From positions 2,108,001 through 2,172,000 of the forward strand of contig CM102285.1 of NCBI GenBank assembly GCA_046563655.1: a DNA stretch of 64,000 nt, written 5' to 3'. Numbering within the stretch: the first letter of the stretch is position 1; every line of letters starts with the position of its first letter. Below the pieces are notes generated by a model. The model ran no database searches, was not told where the DNA came from, and saw nothing but the letters and a program-made list of their open reading frames with translations. The position numbers were made by a program, and so were the translations under genes. The stretch comes from Yuukianura sp. NJ FZ-2021 (Eukaryota). This document shows, piece after piece, positions 36,201 through 45,700 of the stretch.

Positions 36201-37770
36201 TCATTGCGTCTTGGAAATTTTGTGCCATAGCTCTTGGGCTGCCGATAAATGATGACGGCAGAATCACTGCGGTCCCTGCTTTTAGCCCATTATTTTGAGC
36301 AGTGTTGTTCACGTGATCCATAAGTCCAGCATAGCTATCGACTCGTAAAGCCTTTTGGTTCATTCGTATGTAATTTAGCCGATTAGCTTCAATTTTAACA
36401 TAACTGTCAACAATAAATTGTTGAGTTAGTTTCCCAGCATTTAAAATGGGATTAAATTCGTCCCTTACCGCCAATCTGTACGCATAGTACTGTAATTGGC
36501 TAATCTTTTGTTTATCTTCATCGTCATCGTGTGGCTCTTCAATTTCACCTATTGTGAGCCTTTGAAATTGGGTGCTCAATGCTTTACCCACGGTTAAATT
36601 GATAGTCCATCCACTATCACCGTAGGGAAACAGCAATGGGTATGTCATCGCATCACATTTTTTATGTAAAAAGCTAATCGGCTGAGTTCTATTTTCAGCT
36701 CGAGAATGGATCTTTATGTCCCGGTTGAATGGAGGTTCGCCCAAAGTATTTTGAAATACCACCGCAACTTCGTTGCATCTTGGGGCATTGTACCTCCTCT
36801 GATCATCAGAATAGTCATTTACAATAGACATTGAAATTTGATGAGGAACTCGACCTTCTTGTCGAGCTAATTCCTCTTCTTCAAGTTCAAATTCTCGCAT
36901 CATTTTATATGCGTGAGCAAAAGGATTTATTTGGCGCATGAGAATATCTAATTCGTTCATTAGTGCAGGGTTACAACCTTTATTTGAATTCTGCCCTATT
37001 CGGTTAGTTAACGCCTCCTCCGCGTCAATAATATACAGTTGAGCATATTCGGGCTGCTCCCCTTGGCGTGGGTGCAGTGGTCCAGTCAAATGATAAATTT
37101 GTCCGTGAATCCGGAAGCAGTAAGGTCCATAGCCAGGAGGTGGGGCAATTTGTGCTCCCATTGACGCAAAAGCTACTGCACTATTGTAAGATCTGATATT
37201 TTCGACAAAATTCCGAGATAATTCATGGTCATGTTTCATTAGGTTAGTAATAAATTCATTCGTTCTTAGGTTAGGCAAAATAATTTTTCCATGCTCGCAG
37301 CATGATGAAAATTGTTTGGTAGTACTTGACCTTTCCCCATCAAAATTTTTTGAATTACAATGCCCGCACCGTGCAGTCATGCTGCCTATAAAATATTCTT
37401 GGACATTATGTTCATCCAGAAAGCTGGAATTATTCAACTCAGCACGTACTTGCGGCCCATGTCGTCTCAGATTGGAATTTCGTGCATCCGCGCGCCTTGC
37501 TCTTCGCGCCCTATGGCGTAATGTATCGGATTCCCGGCGCTGTTCAACTTCATCGATTGATAGGTTAGCTCTAGAAACCCTCATGCGCATTGCAGCTGAT
37601 TGTCTCTGCTGTGCAACTTCATCTTCTTCCATTAGTGTTCTTCTCACTTGCTGGCGTTCAGCATCCAATTGCTGACGTCTAAGTGTTTCTTGGTCGGTTT
37701 CACGGGCCCGGGCAAGTCTTTTCCGAATAGCGCCAGGAGTCATAGACAGCTCTCTCTTTCTTCCCGACAT
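33247..37770 (-). CDS. Helitron RepHel transposase (HUH Rep + PIF1-family helicase), 1507 aa, intronless and intact
   Basis: Rep motifs PDLFVTMTCN, IEFQKRGLPHCH and KYLYKYIYKG. Helicase motifs GPGGSGKT, IIWDE, GGDFRQTLP, MSINKAQGQSL and HGQLYVAFSR. N-terminal CxxC...CC Zn motif. Confidence 0.97.
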   Translation of the reverse strand: MSGRKRELSMTPGAIRKRLARARETDQETLRRQQLDAERQQVRRTLMEEDEVAQQRQSAAMRMRVSRANLSIDEVEQRRESDTLRHRARRARRADARNSNLRRHGPQVRAELNNSSFLDEHNVQEYFIGSMTARCGHCNSKNFDGERSSTTKQFSSCCEHGKIILPNLRTNEFITNLMKHDHELSRNFVENIRSYNSAVAFASMGAQIAPPPGYGPYCFRIHGQIYHLTGPLHPRQGEQPEYAQLYIIDAEEALTNRIGQNSNKGCNPALMNELDILMRQINPFAHAYKMMREFELEEEELARQEGRVPHQISMSIVNDYSDDQRRYNAPRCNEVAVVFQNTLGEPPFNRDIKIHSRAENRTQPISFLHKKCDAMTYPLLFPYGDSGWTINLTVGKALSTQFQRLTIGEIEEPHDDDEDKQKISQLQYYAYRLAVRDEFNPILNAGKLTQQFIVDSYVKIEANRLNYIRMNQKALRVDSYAGLMDHVNNTAQNNGLKAGTAVILPSSFIGSPRAMAQNFQDAMTIVRKYGKPDLFVTMTCNPKWREITENLEPWQRAEFRPDLVARVFKLKLKELLNDILKKNIFGKVIAYVYVIEFQKRGLPHCHMLLILDEENKLKEPDSIDRVVRSEIPNPETHPRLHAIVMQNMIHGPCGQMNPSSICMSNGECSKKFPKTFVNETNPNQDGYPQYRRRDTGVQYKLGSHMIDNSWVVPYNPFLLLKYNSHINVEVCASIKSVKYLYKYIYKGHDCANVRLDTLTWDEPAQFVDSRYISAPEGVWRIRKYRMDDTSHVIKRLPVHLENMQQVYFEEGDEEGAFEEANLSSSMLQAYFELNRADTNAHRFLYSEIPEYYIWDRKWHKWNPRKKASGKTISRMYTVSVSQGELFYLRLLLLHVKGAQSFKDVRTVNGTVYDTFKEAAIALQLLSDDSQWERCILDAITYQMPYQLRDLFAMICVFGPPTDPKALWETYKDDFLEDHLKEHSPELAEQLGLRDLEETLNLHRKSCDEYNLPMPRDDLEDLLGGIDIQALASEAERLTEMLNAAQKEAYDAILFAENADTYSKCFFIDGPGGSGKTFLYNTLDKTFQGRGLKTCLVASTGLAATLLEAGTTYHSRFGLGIHTNETTTSKIKPTSKEAKLLREASIIIWDEVTMTPCYNMDAVDRLFREIMGVNKPFGNKLFLIGGDFRQTLPIVKHGKRAQIVQASLKRSKVWRYFKPLNLSENMRTGPAEIEYNKWLLDLGDGNLSTEYNLGDDIIELPADCIEENDLISSIFGEKISLDEENVKALAKKAILTPKNEHVHELNEQILYRSEGQEVAYFSTDSVDDDGEGSTEDYPVEFINTLTPSGFPLHHLKLKVGAIIMLLRNLNKRRGLCNGTRLIIKSLKPNVICAEILQGRHEGQQVLLPRIDLVSSESDFSVEIRRRQFPVALAFVMSINKAQGQSLDSVGIYLPFPVFSHGQLYVAFSRCTKQENVRVKMITRENQGKLVPGVNKWFTLNCVYKEIFA

Positions 37771-37877
37771 TATTCTTTATAGGTTAGGAAATGAACACAG
37801 AATGTGCGCTAACCAATTAGGAGATAAGGATTATGCCTATATAAATATGGCTTTACCTTCTAATTGAAGGATAGGAG

Positions 37878-38070
37878 CCTATTAATCAAAATAGGACTTT
37901 GCCTTCCAACCAAGGAAGGTCTTTGCCTATTAATCAAAATAGGACTTTGCCTTCCAACCAAGGAAGGTCTTTGCCTATTAATCAAAATAGGACTTCGCCT
38001 ATTAATCAAAATAGGACTTCGCCTTTCAATCAAGAAAGGACTTCGCCTTTCAGCCAAGAAAGGACTTTTG
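37878..38070. repeat. Tandem array of eight 24-bp units, each a 6-bp-stem/6-nt-loop hairpin
   Basis: Units start at 37878, 37902, 37926, 37950, 37974, 37998, 38022 and 38046. Stems are CCTATT/AATAGG (x4), CCTTCC/GGAAGG (x2) and CCTTTC/GAAAGG (x2). Confidence 0.95.
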
Positions 38071-39288
38071 CCTAACCCCTGCCTAACTATGTTGATTTCT
38101 AACCTAATATCCAAAACGTTGCCTAAAATAACGTTAAACTGTGAAAATCCTAACCAACACCGATTTAATCTAACCCACTTCAATAATACGTTAATCAAAG
38201 TACGTTAAATGTGTTTAAAGAATTGGTAAATTGAAATTATCGCAACTGGTGAAATAAAGTTAAACCTGTCAGCTGAAATCCCGAAAGTGGAATGAGGCTG
38301 TGTAGTTCAGTGTTATGCTGTACGAATAGGTTAGCCTAGAACTGAGTTGCTGTATTGTTATTCCCTGTGCGAGTAAAAGGAAAAGAGTGGGAGCGGAGGA
38401 ATACAGTGCAACTGGCGGCAATAAGAAAGATGGTCTGGCTAAAAGTCGGATCTCGGAATCCTCAGATATGCGTTTTAGGACGCATTAATTTCCATCGTGC
38501 GATTTCGGTTTCCTCAGATCGTTTACCTCGTTTTTTTTAATCAGCCGCTCAAACTACCAATTCCAAATGATATTGCATTGGTTAGCTATCGTAAGAATTT
38601 TGCTAAATCTAACCTATTCGCTATGTGTCCGTCGATTGACAGTATACACCCCTCATACAAATCCGAGGAGTCTGAAATCCTACCTTTAGCCAAACCCTGA
38701 GGAAGAGGACAGACGAACAGACGGCTTCAGGCATTTCCCCTTATGTAAAGGATGTTGTAGCTTTTTGAAGAAAATAAGCTGTCACATGGTTCTTAACCAG
38801 ACAAAAGAATTGAAATGCAATATTTATTCTAAACAAAAAAAAAGTGGGTAATCTATATAGTTCAGTTGCGCTCAATTTGTAGAATATCTTTAAAGAAAAA
38901 CTGATGCTCTCAAATTATTATGAGTAAAACCAAATATAAGTTCCCACCAAATCTAAAAAAGTAAAAGTGCTGTCGACGGCCATTTTGAGGAAAGTTTTAT
39001 TTTTCTGGTTTAGTCGCTAAATTTGTGTTGAAAACATAAACGGGCTGAGAAATATTTGCAAAAGAGGAGAAAAACTGTTTTTGATTAAATTTACAATATC
39101 CGATCGCCCGGCATTGATAGCTTTCAATTGATGATAATTTTAACAATAGAATCTCTCGAGGTATGCACCAACGTTAGTCAGTATTGTACTGCGGCCTCGT
39201 TTTGACGTTGCTTCGCCAGGTCATTACCATTTCAAGTCGCTCAATAGCAACATCGTTTTAAGCTTTCATCTCCTAATAAATTTCGAAA

Positions 39289-42200
39289 ATGGAGGATTCG
39301 GACGAAAGAAAAGGTATGTCGTTGATGCAAAATTAGCAAACTAAAGAATTTTTTGAAAGATTTTTGAAACTTGTAGACTCGGAAATAGTAGAAGTGAGGC
39401 CCAAGGATGTGGAATCTAAACTCAAAGTAAGACAGAAATAGTAAATGAAATTGGAACTAAAAGTCTTGCTAAAATTTTAACTTTTTACTTTTTTAAATTA
39501 GAAAATACCATACCCAAAATCCGTCTTTCTCATCATCACAAATGAGTTTTGCGAACGTTTTGCGTTCAACGGAATGCGGACGATTTTGGTTCTGTACCTC
39601 ACCACAGTGCTAATGTTCTCAGAAGATGACGCAACAATCATCTACCACGGTTTTGTAATGATCTCTTACTTCACGCCACTTCTAGGAGCCATGATGGCAG
39701 ACTCCATTCTTGGAAAATTTCGGTAACTTTTATTTTTTGAAATTTCGTAAAGTTTTTTTTCAGGTTTAATTTCAATTCCTTACTTGTTAACTTTCAGAAC
39801 AATTCTTTACTTATCAATTGTGTACACCATTGGGAATATGCTCCTGGCTATGGCTGCCGCTCCACCACTCAATTTTCCAGCAGTGTAAGTTTTCAGTAAA
39901 TTAATTCCAAAAAGTCAAATCCATTAAGAATCTTTTTTTTTGTTTTGTGTTTAAATTTATGTTTAAAATAAATTCTTTGCAGTGAAATCAGTTTGCAAGC
40001 ACTTGTGCTGATTGCCGTTGGAGCTGGAGGGATCAAACCTTGCGTGTCAGCATTTGGCGGAGATCAGTTTATTTTACCACAACAAGCGAAACAACTCGTC
40101 TCGTTTTTTTCATTGTTCTATTTGGCAATCAACGTCGGTGCTTTACTGTCAGCATTCATCACACCACTTATCCGATCCGAAGTTCAGTGTTTTGGGGAAG
40201 ACGAATGTTACTCACTCGCGTTTGCAATTCCAGCGGCACTCATGTTGGTATCAATTGGTATGTTACAAACACTGATAATTTCATTTTTTTTACTTAAAAT
40301 TTTTAACAAATTTGGATTACTCCGCTGAAAATTAGTGAGAATTGAAGTATGTAGTCCAATTCCAATTTTGTTTTTGATTACAGTTGTATTTGTTGCCGGG
40401 AAATGTTTATACCGAGAAGTAAAACCGCAAGGAAACATTGTTCTGAAAATGTTCAAATGCATTGGGGTGAGAATATTCATTTAAACTTCGTTAGAACATT
40501 AGTTTTGAAATTCAAAATAAAGTTTAAAAAATTAAAAAAAAAACAGCGTGCCATTGGGAATAGAGGACAAGGGAAGGACCATTGGTTGGATAATGCTGAT
40601 GACAAGTACGAACAGCGGTTCATTGACGACGTCAAAATCGTTCTGCGCGTGCTCGTTCTCTACATTCCACTTCCATTCTTTTGGGCTTTGTATGACCAGC
40701 AAGTAAGGCTAGCTGCTATGTTTTTGACAACCGAGCTGCGAATAAAACATGAAATTTGCTATTTCCGTATATGATTTTTTTGTGGATCTGATTTTCTTTC
40801 TTCCTTGTAGTCATCAAGATGGACACTTCAAGCATCTAGAATGGACGGAACAGTGTGGGGCTACACGATTCAACCTGATCAGTTCCAAATAGTCAACGGA
40901 ATTTTTATCATCATATTTATACCGCTTTTTGATAGAGTGATTTACCCGGTTCTTGGAAAATGCGGGCTTTTGAAGAAATCGACACACCGTCTGTTTATGG
41001 GTGGAATTCTGGCTGGAATTTCCTTCCTTGTTTCTGGTGGAGTCGAGCTTGTTCTCGAGGTGAGTTTGCACATGGGCAGTATCGGTTTCACCTAATCGGC
41101 AATGTCTGCACTTAACGCATATTTTGTAATATGGGCATTTATTAGATTGTTCTAAGCTTGTGTGTTTCTACGTTTTCAGCGAACATACCCTCTTGTGCTA
41201 TCGACGAATCAAGCCAATTTGAACTTTGTGAATACACTGCCCTGCGACATTACTTTGCGACTGGGAGACCTAGAATCTCACATGGCCCCATTTGCAAGTC
41301 ATATTTTCGAATCTGTTGAAGCAGGAGAGTACCACTTATACAAGGACAACGCAGAGGGCGGTGCTGGCACTGGAATTCATTTGCAGATCAATGAAACATG
41401 CAAGCAACCTGGATTACCACTAACACTTAACCTTCCTATCAGTTTCAAGGCGGATAAAAGTGATGCAGAAAAGGCAGAACAAGCTAACACTGATGAAGGG
41501 AAACAAGGCGGGGTAAAAAAAAACAGAATTTCATGTGGCATGTCAAATTTCAGAATGCAATTTTTAAAATTTTGGACAATTTGTATACTTTGTACAATAG
41601 GGTTTTACCTACGCGATAACATTCAATGTTAACAACAACATCACGTTAGGTTATGGACATAAGTCTGATGACAGACAAAAACCTGCAAACGGAAATCCAA
41701 AAATAAAGTAAACCTAACTTATGTTTGCAACTAATATGTTAGTTAAGTTTCCAACGTAACTATAATTTTCATAAGTGTACTAACAATTTTAAATTTTTGT
41801 TCAAAAGATTTTTGGTTGCTGGTGACTACTTTTTACCTCCATCAGAGGATGAAGCTGAAGATCATAAAATTCCGCAGGGAAAATTGTCAGTGTTTGTAAA
41901 AGGGGTAGGTGACGACGACGCAGAAGATCAGGAAGCTGTGATTAACAAAGAGCAAGTTGGTGGCTACGCTAATGTTGGATTCTCGTCTGACACCATTACA
42001 GTGAAGCCATTGAAGTACGCATGCGCGTTCAAAAAAAAAACTTTAAAAATCTCATGTTGAAATTTTTTCTTTATGGCTTTTGCTTGTGATTTTAAAGGCA
42101 CAAAGTATTCAAACTCGTCTATGGGCGTTCCGATGCAAATCCCGAACTTGGATCAGTTGTGGTAGACTTTGAGCAAGAATTTGACTTTAAATTGGGGGCT

Positions 42201-42813
42201 AGTTATGTTATTTCAATTTCCAAAAATGGAAGTTATCCTGCAACAGTTTCGAGTCCACTTGAAGGATTTGATGAAGCCGAAAGTTATGGATTGGCTCTAC
42301 ATACAATTACAACAGAAAGTTCAATGCACATGCTGTGGTTACTGCCACAATACATTATCATCACTGCTGGAGAAATTATGTTCTCAATTACTGGTCTTGA
42401 ATTTTCGTACTCCCAGGTACGCCAATAGAATTCAAAATTTGGCAAGACATTGATGGGTTGAAAAGTACTTGTTTTTAGAATTTTGAATTCTAGTCCCCGG
42501 TTTCAATGAAGTCTGTAATGCAGTCTGCTTGGCTTATGACAGTCGCCTTTGGAAACCTGATTGTGGTTATCATCGCTGAACTCAAATTTTTTGACCGACA
42601 GGTGTGGCAAAAACTGTATATTTTACTTTATTCTTTCAACAAAAGGTATTCAACTTCAAAGTATTGAAGCTGAATTTTGATTTGTTTTAGTCGATGGAAT
42701 TCTTCCTATTTGCAATTCTGATGTTCGTGGATATGGTTGCGTTTGCCATTATTGCGTACTTCTATGTTCCTGCGCAGTTAGAAAATCCATCCAAGAAGAA
42801 AAATGACAACTAA
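39289..42813 (+). CDS. SLC15/PepT oligopeptide transporter, copy 3 (recent duplicate of copy 2, altered TM1 motif)
   Basis: Near-identical to copy 2 in the 3' half and in the proximal promoter. TM1 reads NEFCERFAFNGM. Stop at 42811-42813. Confidence 0.9.
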
Positions 42814-43413
42814 AACAAAGAATTCTTACAAGTTTTAACATCCGGGAAAAAATCAGCCATGATATACAAGATCTTAATCAGCAGAAGAATTGAAATAATT
42901 AATACTAAACAAAAAAATTTGCTCCTAACGATCAATAATTATTTGGTATTGGCAGATTTTTCTCCAATGTAAATTGTTTCTAAACAAGTTGCTTCAAAAT
43001 CTGAATTGTTACCACAGAAGTTGTGTTTATGTTTTAATGTATTCTAAACGCAAATTGGTACTAAAGCGATTTGAAAACAACCGCGTTGCCGTTGTTCTAG
43101 CGGAATTAGTAGCGAATTTTGATATAACTGTACTAAAATTGTTTTCGAATGATTTTAGAAGTAATTTGCATTTAGAAGATTTCAGCATTTCATAACACCT
43201 CCGTTAGTAGCATTCCAGCTTGTGAAGCAATCAGTTTAGAAGCAATTGTATTCGAAGTAAGCTACCTTATACAATCCAGTTGAAGTTTAGAAGCCATTAT
43301 TTAGAAATAATTTCTTACCAAATAATTGATCTTTTGAAACCTATTACTTACAAACAATTAATCTTACAAAGTAGCTGCATAAATTAAATATAAAAATATG
43401 TACATAATTCTAA

Positions 43414-44798
43414 TTAATTGGAAGACGACGAACTTGGAGAAGACGAAGCGATATGACATGCCAGTTGTCTAGGAGCCTTTGGACGCACGTCTAAATTTAC
43501 CCTGAAACCCGCAGCGCAGAAATCATTATTTGAGGCGCGGAATATTAGCGAAGCGTTTAAATATTAAAATTCTCATTTAACAGTTTGTTACCGCAATAAA
43601 ATCTCACATCGGTTGGACATTTTCGTTGATTTGCTTTTCAAGTTCCAATTCAGCCTTAGCTGCTGCCAATTCCAGTTTTAACTGGGCATTCTCATTGGAT
43701 AATTGGTCCAACTCATTCTTGAGTGTCCTGTTCTCGTTCCTAGAACACATTTTTGTTTGGAGCACAAGGATTGATCATTTTCTAGGGCAAATTCAGATGT
43801 TGAATGGAACAAATTTTTTACCTATCAACGTTTTCTGGATCGGGATACTTCGTATTGAAGCAAGCATTAGAGCAATACATGACGTTCGATCTACCGATCA
43901 GTTTGTGAATCCTACGACGGCAATCGATCCCATCACAAGGAAACGAGCGGCTTTGCGGATCTCCTTGTCTCGTAGGCCTGAATACAATAAAATAAAACAA
44001 AACGTAAGAAACATTGAGTAATATCTATACTGCGTTATAAATTTTAAGCCACAGAAGTGGTAAACTCGGACAAATGAGGTAATTCCAAAAGTAATGTGTA
44101 CTAATTTATATTTACAGTTTCCTAGTGTTCTGCTCGGATTTTGAAACTCTTGGGCTTTGAGGCCTTTTTGTATAAGTTGGTGAAACTTTTGCAATCAAAA
44201 TTGAATTCTCACTTTGCAGGTTTTGACAACCATCTTCTAATTTAACAGCTGAAAACATACTCAATTTCAAATAATGTTGAACTCAAAATTTTCCGTTAAT
44301 GTGTTGACTAGTGTTGCATTTACCTTCAGTTTTAATTTTCTGAGTTTGGTTATTTACCAAATATTTGAAAGGAGCATTTCCCGACATTGTTATATGTTAC
44401 AATTAAGAGCAACTTTTAGGAGTGAGTTACAAATAAAAAGTTAACTTTTCTTTCTTTAGTTCTACTTTTCTTCAACACTTCAACACAAAGATGAGAAATT
44501 TTAAATTTCGAACAAAAACCTTGAAGGTGTATTTTCTTAATAAAAATTCTTCTCTAAGTGTTCAAATTTAGCGCTGGGCAAGTCATAAATCTTCTACCTA
44601 CCGCTTCACATATATTAAGCATCATAAATCTTATTTGCGAAAATCGAAAAGTGAATTCCATTTTACTCGCAAATCAAAAACTTAAAATAACAGCCGCATT
44701 TCTAGCATTTCCAACAACTAAAAGCTAAATAAAAGGAATATAACCAGAACTCACGGATTTGTAGGTACACTCTGTGACCTTTTGCGTCCTTTTGGCAT
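43414..44798 (-). CDS. Small uncharacterised protein (139 aa): basic N-terminus, Cys4 Zn-ribbon-like motif, coiled coil
   Basis: Exons 44798-44755, 43977-43822, 43739-43608 and 43501-43414, all phase-2 GT-AG joins and open throughout: MPKGRKRSQS...CDGIDC...YCSNAC...LKNELDQLSNENAQLKLELAAAKAELE. The first exon is the least certain. Confidence 0.65.
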
Positions 44799-45700
44799 TA
44801 TTTTGCCAACACTTAAAATTTCAAATTGAAGAAACAGTAGAGTGAATTTGTAATTGCCGATTAGAGAGATACTTGGACTCCAACTCCAAGCACTGATTCA
44901 AGAATGAAAGTTAGTTTCTTCGAATACAATCCTAATGTCAAAAGGTGAAGGCAGGTCACTCTTTGTCCAAGTCCAAACAAAATCCTAGGTCAAGCTGTAA
45001 TAATGCAACAAGATAAGCCAACCGACAAGCCGCTTTTTTACTATATATAATTTTATGCATGTCAAAGAGAGGTCATCCAACACATCTACGTATTTCCTTC
45101 AAAAAATTTTAGTATCTTGAGTAAAGGTACAAAACTCCAGATAATATTTCCAATTCCTTAACTTTTCTATTTACAGTAGAAGATATTAAGTAAAGACAAA
45201 GGATTTTAAAAAATAGAAGCGAGTTTTTCTGGACGGGTCGTGCTTCTCATGTGAATGATAATTATCAAAATGAAAAAAAAAATGAATTCAATTAAGGTTT
45301 AGTTTTTTATTTGATTTTTTAAATTGTTTTAAAGGAAAATGAGAATCGTAAACTTCACAGAATGAAAAAAAAAACATTCGCAAATATTTCTAAGAAAGCC
45401 AAACCCGATAACCGCAGAAAACGTGAAATTTTTGGTGATCAATCGAAGTCCACAAAATCCAGTGCAACCGCATGATACATTTTCACAGACATTCAAAGTG
45501 GTTTTTCGTTTTCCTTTTTGTTTTAAGGGAAACGGCAAACATTTTTAAACTTCCGGTGGGCTTTTCAAAAAAAAAAGGGTAGTCATAGTTTATATACACT
45601 CACAGATTCGGCTCCATCCAGCAATGTAAATCTCAACGTTTTAGTACATTTGTGTACATTTTGTGCTCAGGGCATCAAATCATAACAACTATTTTGCATA

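Larger units (their letters stand above)
32980..38752 (-). mobile_element. Full-length autonomous Helitron (5773 bp)
   Basis: Minus strand reads A|TCCTTTACATAAG ... gccccgagc-ttt-gctcggggc-catag-CTTG|T, with no TSD. The rejoined flanks (aattcctata|tgttgtagc) align with the uninterrupted 3' UTR of PepT copy 3 (aattcttacaagttttaac, ~42821). Confidence 0.93.

Noticed and set aside
33455-37675. Plus-strand ORFs antisense to RepHel
   Set aside because: Short shadow ORFs of a long coding sequence with no recognisable motifs.
37878-38070. CRISPR-like array
   Set aside because: There are no unique spacers (linkers are 6 nt and conserved) and no cas genes, and the context is a eukaryotic transposon.
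37860-38208. Repetitive ORFs on both strands (LLIKIGLC.../RRSPILIN...)
   Set aside because: These are translations of the 24-bp hairpin array (a multiple of 3), with non-ATG starts and no coding evidence.
42974-43300. Possible small ORFs downstream of PepT copy 3
   Set aside because: No consistent exon chain or motif on either strand.
44210-44390. Candidate extra exons (MSGNAPFKYL etc.) in the first intron of the 43414-44798 gene
   Set aside because: Splice phases could not be reconciled with the phase-2 downstream exon without stops.
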